Assembly: GCA_052327205.1 (NCBI GenBank)
Contig: CM126230.1
Span: forward strand, 27,218,001 to 27,282,000
DNA length: 64,000 nt
Origin: Somniosus microcephalus
Lineage: Eukaryota
Reading direction: 5' to 3'
Part shown: positions 1-13,430 of the stretch, in pieces
Layout of the letters: every line of letters begins with the position of its first letter
How positions within the stretch are numbered: the stretch's first letter is position 1
Made by a program: the position numbers and the translations under genes
Notes under the pieces: model-generated
What the model was told of the DNA's origin: nothing
Databases searched by the model: none
What the model saw: only the letters and a program-made list of their open reading frames with translations

Positions 1-969
1 TTCTATGATTGAATCTTCTGTTTGACAAGCCACAAATGTTAGGCGCAGGAGCCAACAATACCAACTTAGGGTTGTTTGCGCTGAAGTGGTTTTAAATTGC
101 TCCTAAAATTAGGTGCAACTTTATGCCACAGTTATGCAAGTTGAGGCATTAGTTGCCCTGGTTGCCACACAAACTGTAATCTTCAGCAACATTCTCAAGT
201 AGCTAAGTTCATCATGACCCAAAACCTATAATAAAGTGACAGCTTTAATCTGATGCGTGTTACCGTAATCTTCAACAGTAATGTAACATTACTCCACTGT
301 GGGTCATAGAATTAGTTAGGCAATCTATAAATACTGATCATTAATAGGGTTTCTACCAGCTTCCATTAGTAAATGATACTACCCCAGAGGTGAGTCCTGT
401 TGGAAACCCATTGAAAAAATATGAAGTCCATGCAGATGACTAAGGGCCAGAAGAAGCATAACCAGATTATTAATAGCAGCAGTAAACCATTGAGTACATC
501 ATTGCTATCCCTGGTGAAAGACATTTCAACAGCCCTTCGGTTCCAAGTTATAATGGAAGCTATATCACTGATTGTGTAAGATACTAGAAGTATCTTTCAT
601 TAGTAGGGTGCACACAGATTGAAATGTTAAGGCCAGGAACAGGTTTTTAAATTTCTCTAGACTGTATTTCCCTTCAGTTTACTACATTCCAAATCAATTT
701 CTGGGTAGTATTTTTGTTTAGATTCAGCTTTAAGTTTAACTCAAGATTACTCTTGCTGGTATTTGACATTCATGCTTTAAGAAACTCACAATGTTGTTAC
801 CAGTAACATTTCATTAGATTTTGCCGTCTGCTTATTTAAACCAAGCTCTTTGCGTTGTTGGGTATGTGTTTTAGGTAACTGTCCATCCCAAAAAACCTCT
901 CCAAGCTCAATTTTTGCCCGGGGTCAGGGCAGGATGCAATTATCTTGGATTCCAAAGTGCTTTGTACTG

Positions 970-1110
970 AAAGTAAAATACTGCGCATGCTGGAAGTCTG
1001 AAATAAAAACAGAAAATGCTGGAAACACTCAGCATATGTGGAGAGAGAAACAGTTAATGTTATTAAGAGCAATGACCTTTCATCAGAACTGGTTCTGCAT
1101 TTTCTGCTTT
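970..1110 (-). mobile_element. Short Penelope-type repeat with degenerate hammerhead core
   Basis: Same family as 30434-30800. The - strand reads agttCTGATGAaaggtcattgctct...attaactg with the GAAA box lost. Inverted ends aaacagaaaatgc / gcattttctgcttt. Confidence 0.55.
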
Positions 1111-1142
1111 GTACCAATCTGTCTTGCTCTTGATAAGTAAGC

Positions 1143-1888
1143 CTGCCTTGTGAATGTAATTGGCAAATGAAGTTCAACACAGATAAATGTGAGGTATTAC
1201 ATTTTTGGTAGGAAAAACAGGGAGGTCACTTATTATTTGGAGGGTGCGAGTCTAGGTGGGGTAGTGGAACAAGGGGATCTCGGAGTACAAATACACAAAT
1301 CACTAAAAGTTGCGACACAGGTTAGCAAGGCCATTAAAAAAAGCAAACCAAGCACTAGGGTTTATTTCTAGAGGGATAGAATTGAAAAGTAGGGAAGTTA
1401 TGCTAAACCTGTATTGAACCATGGTTAGACCACACTTCAAGTACTGCGTACAGTTCTGGTCGCCATATTATTAAAAGGATATAGAGGCACTGGAGAGGGT
1501 GCAGAGAAGATTTACAAGGATGATACCAGAAATGCGAGGGTATACATATCAGGAAAGGATGAACAGGCTGGGTCTCTTTTCTCTTGAAAAAAGGCTGAGG
1601 GGTGACCTAATAGGCCATCAATATAAGATAGTCACCAAGAAATCCAATAGGGAATTCAGAAGAAACCTTTTTACCCAAAGAGTGGTGAGAATGTGGAACA
1701 AGCGAAAAGTATAGATGCATTTAAGGGGAGGCTGGACAAGCATATGAGGGAGAAGGGAATAGAGGGTTATGCTGATAGATTTAGATGAGGAAAGACGGGA
1801 AGAGGCTCGAGTGGAGCTTAAACATCAGCATGGACTGGTTGGGCTGAATGGCCTGTTTCTGTGCCGTATATCCTATGTAATCCTATGA
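1143..1888 (+). mobile_element. CR1 LINE 3' fragment, internally deleted
   Basis: ORF2 C-terminal motifs QRRFTRMIP and RNLFTQRVVRMWN; CR1-type 3' end with atcctatg repeat. Confidence 0.9.
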
Positions 1889-2213
1889 ATGATGCGCCAG
1901 ATACTATGGTGATTCGTCATATGTTAGCCTAGACTGTCAGTAATTGCAAGCGGCTTGATCAGAGGCAGCCAATATAGTAGTCTTATGTTAAGTTTAAATT
2001 TGACTGTTAAAAAAGCGGGCCTGAATATTCAGTATTATATGTGGGCATAAAAAAAAAACATGAATTTGGTCTGCAGTTCTTGCTGGTTGCTTAGGATCTG
2101 TTTGGTGCATGTGGGTCCAGTGGCTCTGATATTATGGAATTATCTTCCCCATAGCTTGTAATAACTAAAAACAATTTGTCCTATAAGTAATATACAATGT
2201 TTTGCTTTTCCAG

Positions 2214-2458
2214 CTAAGCTCTTCGTCCATTGCGCGAGGGGTCGGAGCCGGTCAGCCTCACTTGTCCTGGCTTACCTGATGATCTACAAGAATATGACAG
2301 TGGTGGATGCAGTTCAACAAGTAATTAAACACCGGTGCATTTTACCAAATCGTGGCTTTCTGAAGCAACTGAGATCTCTTGATATAGAGCTGGCGATGGA
2401 GAAAAGTATTGCAAAGAATGGCATCAGCACAAATGGTGATGAAAAAGAAATCTGTTAA
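2214..2458 (+). CDS. DUSP29: Last coding exon of atypical dual-specificity phosphatase DUSP29 (DUPD1)
   Basis: Acceptor ttttgcttttccag ends at 2213. Phase-1 exon reads [56 protein letters not shown]...EIC*, with the HCx5RS P-loop and the AYLM and PNxGFLxQL motifs. Tail-to-tail position next to KAT6B matches known vertebrate synteny. Confidence 0.9.
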
Positions 2459-5400
2459 CATTTCTTTCATTATACAGATATAATAGAACCTTTTTTATAT
2501 AGAAAAGTGCATTCAGCTGTAAATATAATAGTTATTTTCTGATATGCAAGGAAATCTTTAACTAGTTAAACGGATTAATAGTTCCTGATATGAGCATCCT
2601 ACTGTCTCAAAGATGCACACAATTTTATAATATGAAAGTATTTGAGGAAATCCTAAAAGAAAACAAGTGTGACAAGTAATTCAAATTCTTACTTTTGGCT
2701 ATCTTAATCTACAGTCAACAAACATCCGCTAAAATATAGTAGTCTATACTTTAAAGTTCCAAATATACCCTAGTAATAATTAAAAGAAAATCCAGAGTTA
2801 CTCAGTCTTCAAAATGATGTCTTAAGCTACTGACATAGGATATGCAATGTGCAGTAGAATTTGTAATATTTTTGTGTAAGCAACTTTGTGCAAACAAACT
2901 ACATTTTGTTTGCCATTACTTACAAACTCTTTGAAAAGGTTACAGTAGGTAACAAAGTACTGAAAACCTATTGCAAGGGAATACATTGATCAGAAAATGT
3001 TACCCTTTCTTGGTTGGACCAGTGCACGGCCATGCTCAAGAGCATTTGCACAGGCCCCTCTTATCTTTCTGGACTAAAGCCTCTTCTGCAGAATTTTGGA
3101 ATGCTGGACAGGGAAGCCAGGAATAGGCGGCCCCCTGCGTTCGGAGAGCACACATGGTGGGAAGAATGGCAGAGACATGGATATTATAACATGCAGTATG
3201 CCCTGATTGGACCAGCTTGTAGTCGTCACTCTCCTCCTACCACAGATTTGTGAAAAATTGGCTGGGGGCAGGGAAGAACAGAGGCCAGTGTGTGTAGCAA
3301 TAATCTAATACCACTTTCCCACATCACTAAAAGTTGCTTTTGATTGGTCATGTATGGCACAAAGATTTATAAAATTAGTTACAGTTTTCCATTTCTTACG
3401 CAAACTAAAGTATTTTGTAATGACTTGTAGTTGCTAATTTGAGCGTTTTGCCGTCCCAAAAGGTAACAGCAATTTGTTTTGCTGCAACATGGATCTCCGT
3501 CTATTCCAAATAAACAATACCATCATTTGGTGGCCCATGCATGTGCTCTTTGTGTGAATGGTTCAGTTGAAAAATATGTGCCTTCGAATCTTCTTGTTCA
3601 CGATGAAATATTGATCAAGGACTTGTACTGCACACTTTCTTCAGAATAATACATTCCTTTCTCAGACGAACAAATACATGGATAGATGCAATTCATAAAG
3701 TTCTACAGACCAGACACACGCTTACGCAGCTCTGTGAGAATGTAAAAATAAGAGCTGTTCAACCCATTAAGTTTCTGGAACAGGCATTAGGATGTGGAAA
3801 ATCTCTTCTTGCCCATTGGTGCTTCAGTACAATTCCTTCAATTCCCAGCAACCAAAAGGGGTCAAATTCATAAGGGACCTGTTCACCACCTAATTAATTA
3901 AAAAGTACACACAAAGTGTTACATTTTTGATTCTGTAATAAGTTGATCTGTTAGATTAAAGTGGGATGTGTTTTATTTCATAACCAGATTGAACATCCAT
4001 GATAAATAGCTGTCCAATGGGTCAGAGCCGTGTTGAATGCATAAGGACGTACCAGTCTTCAGTTCTCAAACAGCGAATTTTGCCAGATCAGATTAAAAAA
4101 AGGACTATGGGGTGAAGTCCCAAGGGGGTTCCCCTAATCATTGGTATACCCGCATGCCTTAATCTTCCCAAAAAACACTATCCCAGGTCTAAATGAGATT
4201 GTGTCCTTAGGTTGTAGAGGTGCCATTGCAGGGACGATGGAAACAAAATTACACTGGGAGGTCAGATTTCCTAAAATGGAACCATTGCCTTCTACTCTAA
4301 ATCACTGCTCATATAGTTCAACCATATTTCGCTGCAAGTTTTGCCATTTGAATTCCAATGAGCATGAAGCACTGTTGACAAAACTTCTGAATTGAGATGT
4401 ACAGCATACAAAAAACATAAAACAAATCAGTTCTTTCTTTTCCCTAGTGCTCAACATGGATTTGACTATAAATATTTAACACCTTTCAAGATTTCTGCCC
4501 ATGTTGCCCTGTCTCTATTGCAGAGATCTCAAAGGATCCTTAGCCATAGCTCGCCTGAGCCAACATGAGCTGCATTAAAAAATTCTGGCAGAAAGTCTAT
4601 CCCCTTTCTAATATATGCGTCTTTATTGGTTAGAAGTGGAGAGGAACGTGGTTAAGTTCCACAATAAAGTCACATTAGTATCCACAGCAGCTGTAAGATA
4701 CAAAAGAGTGAGCTTATAAAAACTGCACGTATTTCACATGCAGTAATATACTCATCTAATTACATAATTCATTACATTTATTGAAGAAAATCTGCTTTGA
4801 TATGATTTTTGAATATCTTCCGAATTAATTTTGGATTTTACCATTTTTGCATAATTATTTACCAGCGTACATTCTCTCCTGCAAAATAGGAAATAAGCCG
4901 ACATAGGTCTGAATTATCAAAGAAGTTTATAACTTGTTTTGGTCGCCTGTAAAGATGTCATCAACTCATCTTATAAGCACAATTCTGCAAATTGAGCTGA
5001 CCTTGGTTCCAAATAAACTACTGAGTAATAGACCCATCCCTTACTAATGACGCCAAACATTACTTAGGGTTTCATATCTGTTATATACACCCAGCCTAAG
5101 TGCATGTTACCAGTTATTTCCCTGGATTATTCAAATACCTAAAAATAGTGCCACTGAACAATTATCCAGAAGCACTAATGCAACATACACGAAGCAATCA
5201 CAAAGAGAAATAAATGGTACCTTTTGTTTCACAAATGGGGTTTAAAATTAAAAGACTTGTAGGTTATATCAACTGATATTATCAATGGCAATGTGGAAAT
5301 GCAGTACAAATATTAAAGGCTCAGAATTTTGATTGATGTACGATTGAAACTAACGGCATATCCCAAATAATCAGGAAAAATATTGGGCTGCTAGGGAAAG

Positions 5401-5989
5401 GGTATGTTTTACATTGTTGCCTAGTAAGAAAAAGGCAGATTTTTGCCTGTTGGTTGAATAGGTTATTGAGCTCATGTTTAGCCATAATTAGATATTTGTA
5501 CACAAATCCAGACTGCTTAGCATCATCTTATTTCTTCAGATCAATCTTTGTTCTTTAGCAATGGTAATGAATGAATGAAAGTTTTTTTTTCATAAAACAA
5601 TCAAATGCAATGCTACAGATCGTATGCCATTCTAACAGGAACAGGATTGTCAGTGACTTAGGCAGAGAGAAGAAGAAGAAGAATTGTTGGAGGTGTGGTC
5701 TTTGTAAAGCCAGGAATTCTCTTAAAGGAACAGGCATCCAATAAATGTATTGGTTACATACCTTACACCTATAGTTTGCAGAGGATAATTGAAGTGCAGA
5801 GGATAATTGAAGTGTTCAGCTGCTTATTTGGGAGCCAGTTAACTACTGCTTACTTCAATTGAAGTTTAACAGTTATATAGTAGCAATACTCCCACTTGTC
5901 CCTACAATCCAGCTTAGTCCCACCCACAGCACAAGGACTGCACTGGGGAAAGAAACAGAGTTCTGTGTGTCTGTGACCATAGATCATAG

Positions 5990-7550
5990 TTTCCCCCACC
6001 ATCCTCCTTTGATCTTTCCATTGCCTTTGGTATTACTGACCACTCCACCCTCTTCCAACATCTCTCCTCCCCAGTTCATCTCGGTGGCATTATTCTCAGT
6101 CAAATTCATACCTACTGCAATGAAGACACACTTCACCTCCAATGGCTTTCCCTCCTGCATCCGCAGTTACTTCTAATATACCACACGACTCCATTTTTGG
6201 CCCCCTCCTCTTTACGTAATATCTCTTGGCAATATCATCCGAAAACAATGGTCTACTTTCTGCCTTCCCCATCGATCACCAGCTGTTGCTATACTCTCCA
6301 AACTGCCTGACTGACATTAACTCTTAGATGAGCTGAAATTTCTTCCAGGTATTATTGGCAAAAGCAAACTCATCCTTGTCGGCTTCTGCCAGCATTTGCA
6401 CGTCTCTGACCTCGACTCCATTCACCTTCCTGGTTCAATTTGGAGATGTGGAGCCTAGTTAACCTGCTTAACCTCAAATTGAACTTTCTTCCCCATATTT
6501 ATAGAACCACAGATGTTTACAGTGCAGGAGGCCACACGACTCACCGTGTTGTGCCGATCATATGCTGCAGCAATTAAATCCAATCCCACTGCCCTGCTTT
6601 ATCTCAGAACCCTCTATCTTGTTTTGCTTCAAATATTTTCCAATTTTCGCCCAAAAGTTGCAAATGGTCTCACCCTCAACCACTCGCTGTGGCAAAGCAT
6701 TCGATGCTCCAATAATCCTTTGTGTAAAGAGATTTTTCCTATTCTCTCACTCTCTAAGGGACAATTTTAAATTGACGAGCTCTTGCTGACTCCCCAGCCA
6801 GAGGAAATAGTCTTTCCCTATTCACCCATCAAAACCCTCGATAATTTTAAACATCCATATTAAATCTCCTCTTAACCTTCTCTGCTCCAGTGGAAATAGT
6901 CCTAAGATCTCAATTCTCTCCTCATAATTGTCCAGCAGCACTGATGCAACATACAGAGAGAAATAAATGACACTTTTTGTTTCACATATGGGGTTTAAAA
7001 CAAGACTGGCATCAACCTGATTTCATTACCGTTTCCCCTGCACCCCACTGCTGCTGATTTCTCAGAGTTTCTGAGCCAGCCCCTCTGCCTTCACTTTCCA
7101 CAAATTATGTGTTATTCAGAATTCTGCAGCCCACGTCTTGTCTGCGCTCCCAGCAGCCCGGACCTTGCCAAGCTCTACTGGTTTAACATGCCACAGTGAA
7201 TTGGCTTCAAGATCCTTCTCCTTGCAAATACCTCCAAAGCTTCGCCTCACCCAATCGTAGCTCCCCCATTTGCACATTGCTGCATGCACCCTCCCTTCTC
7301 AGACACCATTTTACTCCACATTCCCCTCTCCCATTTCAATACCATCAGTTACTGCTCAGTACTTTGTCCCCGTTTTCTAGAACTTCCTCCTAAAATCCTG
7401 AGCTTGCCAGCCACTTCCTTCCTTGCTTTCAAAAGTCTCAAAAACCTTTTGGCCCTGATCCAAGTTGTTTTTTGTTTTCATTTTTCACTCTTGCTTAATG
7501 CCCTATTTTACCATCTAGTAAAATGCTTTGCGATGTCTTCCATGAGGTGC
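5990..7550 (+). mobile_element. Decayed L2-type LINE 3' part, interrupted at about 6500-7020 by a - strand CR1 3' fragment
   Basis: C/T-rich L2-like RT C-terminal remnants and tail gtaaaatgctttgcgatgtc; the inserted piece is the reverse of a CR1 3' end. Confidence 0.6.
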
Positions 7551-7719
7551 CGTTTACAGAAACAGGAATTCCCAAAAAAGCAGCAGGACTGGACCGACAG
7601 AAATCATTCAATACACTCTGAGTGCCATTTTTCCCAAAACTGATGTGATCTATCAATGAGAATTAAAAAAATGAAGTTATTACCAATAACTCTCCAAAAT
7701 TTCAGAGCACAGGAAATGT

Positions 7720-9067
7720 GGAAATGGCTCAACATAATTTATTCCATGTTAAAATGTACAGCGTCCTTTGAAGTGACTGACTAGAAGGATAACTAATAAA
7801 TACAAGTGTATCTCACTTGTTTGTGTCCTATTTTATACATGTATCCAGCTTTTTCCTCTCAGTCCTTACAGTCACCATGTACAAGTACAAAGGCTACAAA
7901 AAGTAAGCAATATAAACAGACACAAATACTTTTGCTTTTTACATGCGTTTTGTAAGCTTATGTTGGTCTATTCACACACTACAGTTCTAAGATTTTTTTT
8001 AAAATATAACTTCAATATTCTCTAAAGATAGAAAAATCTACTGATGGAATGCCAATGAATAGTTAAAGTTGTTTATCATTGGGCCAACATAACTCTGAAC
8101 AGTTACTCTTAGACAGCACTTTTGCTGCTGACTGATATTATTTGAGAAAAAGCTACGCTTTATATGAAACGGACAGGTACAAATATTCAGATACGCTGTT
8201 AACAGAATTTGTGTCTTCATTTGTCAAACAGAATACTTTGCATTTATAAAACAGAAAGCTGCCTCACTGAAGGAAAAAAATTAGTTACAAAAAAGAAATG
8301 TTTCAATTATACACTAAACATTTTTGCAAGTAACCCCTTCAAAACTGCCAAATGAACTCAAGGTCTCGCTTTTACATTTTTTTTTTTTTTACAGTCTCAG
8401 AATTAACAAAAATATAGTTTTCATTTTACTTCAAAGCTAGTAAAACCTAATAAAGGCAAAACATAACAAATGGCTTGCTGTTAAACACAACACATTTTTG
8501 TTTTACTAAAGGACACACTGTCACAAACAAATTCTCCAATGATGTTCTGCTGCATGCTGCATTAGGCACCAGCTTCACAAAATCAAATATACTTGTATTG
8601 TATAATAACAGAAGTCCAAGGAACAAAAGTATCCCAGCTCCAGCCCCAGGTGTGGTTAAGCTGTCTGCCATTTGGGCTTTTTTTCTTCACTATTTTATAA
8701 CTTGCAAAATCCTTTCCATGGGCAAATAGGCACATTTAAAGTTTCTATCGCATGGCTGCACTACCTCAGTTTCCATACTTCTTTCGAAGACGTGCTCTCT
8801 CCAAGCCAAACACAGAAAGGGAAAATACGAATGTACAAAGATGAAAACAATCCCCACCCAACTTGACTTAACAAAAAATAAATAAGGCTTCCTTCTGTCA
8901 ACAGATTGCAAAGTGCCATTAATAATTTCTTCAAAATTATTTTATCATGACAGTTCAGCCAAAAGCTGGTCTTCAAAGTAGATCACCCTACACCCAGTTA
9001 TTTTTATGGTGGATTTGCTTCCAGCTATGCAGATTTTCCTTTTAGCACCTTACATGCACAGCAAAAT
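7720..9067 (-). other. KAT6B: Probable KAT6B 3' UTR with AATAAA poly(A) signal at 7743-7738
   Basis: Repeat-free, U-rich (on the - strand) stretch after the stop codon. AATAAA hexamer with TGTA motifs upstream; LINE debris begins just beyond. Confidence 0.6.
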
Positions 9068-11496
9068 CTACCTCCTCATATAGGAGCCATTCAAAGGCTG
9101 TTTAGACATGCCAGTGTTCATGTGACTGTAGTGAGCTGGTGGTGTGTACATCATGTTGCCATGTGGCGTACTTTGCATTGGTTGCTGGGTGTATGGCTGA
9201 CTTCCCATCATGCTCATTTGCATTTGCATGGGGTACTGGGCAGTCTGATTCATGTAAGCAGGATTTCCATGGTAACCACTGTTCATCATGGATTGAGTCA
9301 TCCTGTACCCATTCATAGCATTCAATGTATTCATATTCATGTTCATAGAATTGACATTATAAGTTGGTGCTGGCATTAGGCCCATGTTCATGCCCCGCTG
9401 CATCGTCAGAGGTCGCGGTGCTGGCTGCATGGCCACAGCTGGTGAGGCACGGCTATAGATCTGCTGCTGGTGAGCAGCAGCAGGTGGTATGGGCACCGAC
9501 TTGGAACGTATGGCAACATGGCCTTTGGCTGCCATTTGTGTTGGCAATCTTTGGGTATGAGGGATTCCAATATTTGGGGCTGCCATATTGCGCTGCAGAA
9601 GTGGTGATGCCAGATTCATTGGTGGAGGGGTAAGATCAGGTGGGGGAGTCATTGTAGGTTGTGCTTGGGCTCCCCCAGATAAAGAATGAGGCGACTGTGG
9701 AAGTTGGACAAGGCCCGTGTGTGGGGTGGACAGGGAGACACTAGTTGCATAGGAAGTAACAGCAGCTGAATGATTATAAGGCAATGGATGATCCATGATT
9801 GTATTAGTTAACTGTTGTAGTTTGGCCAGGCTGAAATTGGCAGATGGCTGGGGATAACCCCCAGTTCCAAAGTCACCCTGGCCCATCCTTTCATAGATGC
9901 TGATGGTTGAGTTTCCAGTTTCTGGAATGTCTGTCATTTGTATTGCTGGTGCGAAACTGGCGGTCATGCTGCATTGGGACAGTTGCTGCTGTTGATTGTT
10001 GCTGGGGGCTCTTTCAATTATACAGTTTTGAGGAGATTTAACACTGCAGTTTGGTGGGGAGTTGATACTATTTTGCTGCATCATACTACAACTACCATTA
10101 ATGTTAGTCATCTGCTGCGTCACTGCACAACTACTCTGAGTAAGGCTACTGGAAGATATGTTACTGTAAGAGCAACTATTCTGCGTTGAGTTGTTGCCAC
10201 AAATGCTGCTTCCCATGGTCGAATCATAGCTGCTTGGATTCTCATAGTTTTCAGTTGTGCTCTCAATGCTGCCTAGGTCACTGAAGCCACTGTCCACAAC
10301 CTGTTGTGAATGGTCAGAAACTGAAGGGACATCCATGATTGGACTGGTCTCTACATTCTGTAAAGATGGTGCAGAAATACCACTCTGATCAGGGCTGATC
10401 TGAGTATAATTGTTCTCAATGGGAGGCACACTAGGGCTGTTTACAGAACGAACTGATTGGCTAGGATGAGAATGAACGGATGAAAGAGGACTGCTATGGT
10501 CTGACTGATGGCAGTCGTCCATTGTGGTCATTTGTGGGCTCTGCTCTGTATGGGTGTAACTCTGCAGGTTCCTACACGCCTCCATGGTTTCTGCACAGTC
10601 CTGGTACGTATTTACTTGCTCACTATTTTCTTGTTCACCATTTTCTTGTGTTAATGATTGAACAGCTTGCACTGTCTCTGTGTCAGGTTCTGCATTTACA
10701 TTTTCCTCCCTAAATTCTGGGGTCTGCTTGCCATTGTCCTCATGATCCTGGTTATTGGTGTGATCTTCATCTGAATCTGGTATGTGCTCTGAATTCCTTT
10801 CATGATCATTGTTTTGGTCTTCATCTGAATCTGGCACAGGGTCATCATTGTGATCCATCTCATCTTTCTGCTCTGTATTATTGCTTGGAACATTTAAATC
10901 TAAGAATGGTTCCTGGCTTTGGGATTCTTCCTTGAATACTTCCTCCGGGTTTTCTTTTTCTACCTCAATACACTCCATGTGACTGTCATCTTCGTCATCT
11001 GCATCATGATCCTCATTTTGATTTGCTTCCTCTTCATCTTCCTCTTCATGTTCAAGGTTATCAGTTTCATCTTCAGGAACTCCACTGACATGATCATGCT
11101 CTTTTTTAGTTGGTTCTTCCACAGGTTCCTTCTCCTCACTCAATCTGCAGGTAGATTTATCTGGGGATTCTGGCTTTTCCTCATTTTCAAGTTCATCCTC
11201 CTCTGTTATTGCAGGGGCTGCATCACTGTGCTTCTCAACTACAACTTGCTGCTCAGTCACTACTTGCTTCTCCTCTGTTGTGACTGGTTGGTCAGGCTCC
11301 AGGGGAGTTTCTGGTGGCGTGTACAGGTTGAGTTTAAAACCAGTTTTATTCTCGGCTTTGCGTCGCCATTTAGCTGGACCACGCTTCACTCCTTTTGGCC
11401 AACCTTTTTTGCGTTTCACAACTCTTGCTATAGGCTCAGAATCAACAGAGTTTTCCTCAGTGTTCTCTTTTGAAGAGATATCAGTATTTGCTTTAT
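9068..11496 (-). CDS. KAT6B: KAT6B terminal exon (exon 18 equivalent): acidic, Ser-rich and Met-rich C-terminal regions
   Basis: The 783-aa ORF extends to acceptor ttcttgcccag (AG at 11498-11497). Contains [13 protein letters not shown] and [36 protein letters not shown] and ends [14 protein letters not shown]. Lacks the long Q/P tract of KAT6A. Confidence 0.96.
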
Positions 11497-13430
11497 CTGG
11501 GCAAGAAAAAAAGAAACTTGTTTTAAGTGTTTACTGCTACCCAGTTGAATAACATTGGTGCTTAAAATATCTACACTTCAATGTTAACGCAGTAAGTTAA
11601 AATAAAACATTACTTGCAGAAATAACAAAACCAATCCATTGTCGGAAAACGTGCTCAGATAAAGGTAAACCAGAAATACATTTTTATAGGTGGCTTACGT
11701 AAAAGTGGACTAGCAGCTTAACTTAATGGAGTAAAAGTTTAACGAACAGCTCATTAAGTTCATTACGCTTCTGCTGAAGCTAAATGATTTGCATTAATTA
11801 AAGTTGGGAGTAAATTAAGTAATGCAGTCTCTCCAATCAGACCTCTTGAAACCAGTTACAAAGAATCTGTCTATTTTGGTTGTTTAATATATTTTTTGTT
11901 GACTAAGCCATGGGGGCACCAATACTATGCTCTGCACCCCCAACTTAGGGAAGGAAAAAACGACTGGCCATGGTCCTGCTTCTGGTCACTATCCAGTGAC
12001 TTCTGCTGGAAGTGTGGTGTGGGCGTGGGTTAAAACAGGATTCGCTTGGTTGTGATGCCCTCCACTGTGCTTCAATAGCCTGTCGACAGTTATAGTCTAG
12101 GCTCACTTGGGCGAGGTATCAGAGGCTGCTCCGTGCCTAAGAAACCATACCCCACCAACAGAGCAATGCCTCCGTGAAAGATGGAGGGAAGGGGAAAAAG
12201 AAAGGTGGAAAAATATTTTTGTTCATTGGCATTACATGCAAATGGAGTTATTCTGCCTGGGTTTCTGGAGGTCATATTTTGCTGAGGTGAATACTTATAT
12301 AGAATTAACAGTACTGTACTATACAATGCACGTGCAAATTAATATATTTTGTTAAGTAGGACAAGGTAAAAATAATACCTAATAGCAGTCAGTATTCACT
12401 TTTGTAGATGCTTGGTTTGTTATAATGTGCAAGATAATAATTCTCTTTTAAGATGTACATGTAGCCAATTATGCAAGCTCTAATGAACATTTTAAAAGTA
12501 GCCAAGAATATCATCCAACAGGAGTTGACATTTGTACCGATTTCTTTATGTAAAGAATGTACAAAATCATATGTTCAGTCACCATTATTTTGTCTTCTCT
12601 GACTAAATAACACCCACGAATTTGTTTCTGATACATTTTGATGGTATTTCTTGTATTTATTGAGTGCTTCATTCCTTCTATATTCCTTGTTAAATTTAAG
12701 GTATCAAGATAATCATTTGGCAAAGGTTTGAATTCCTCTATTTTCTTCCCATTCCTCCGAGCTCCAGGGATCCATGCATCTGCAGTGGCTGAGGACAGGC
12801 CACAGACAATGCCACTGAACTAAGAGTTTACTTGACAAGATATATGAAACTGCACATATTTGGATATGGACTGGCATATTTATTGGTCGAAGAAAATACT
12901 TTTTTTTTTTTTAAAAAGGTATTTGCTTCACTTTCTCCCACATCATACCATCCCTGTATGAAACAGCAAGTCTCTAATGCCTCTTTAAACTGGCTTAGAA
13001 GTGGACAATGATGGCCCAGAATGATTCTCCCTTCAATTTTTCCTCTCTCACTGGGGAAGCACTTTGCCTCTGCTTAGCATCTTCCCACAGCAGCAAAACG
13101 AAGATTGAGAATTCAGATTGTGAGGGAACCACATTAAAAAAGCCAGGTGCTGTGAGGTGCATTCGGCTCCACCATGTACTAGACCTCTAAAAGCACCAAC
13201 ACAAAACTGTCAGAGATATATAAAAAGGGAGAAAATCCAGTAAAAGAACAAAATTATTGCATCTAAAATTAATTCTATAAAAAAATATTTTTGAAGAATA
13301 AATTATCTTTTTTTTTAAAATGTACCTGACTGCATTTCCTGCAGTACTGCACTGTTCTCCAGACCATCATTTTGGCCTTTACAAATCCTGTTAGTTTTTA
13401 AAATTGCAACCACTCTCAGTTACAATTCAG

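Noticed and set aside
5777-5814. 18-bp perfect tandem duplication tgcagaggataattgaag
   Set aside because: Ordinary slippage duplication
9122-11552. Several + strand ORFs (up to 184 aa, hydrophobic) over the KAT6B last exon
   Set aside because: Antisense shadows of Glu/Asp/Ser-biased codons; no independent evidence
13326-13387. Possible cassette exon ctaacag|...CAG|gtacat on the - strand
   Set aside because: Poor pyrimidine tract, 62 nt breaks the frame, no homology
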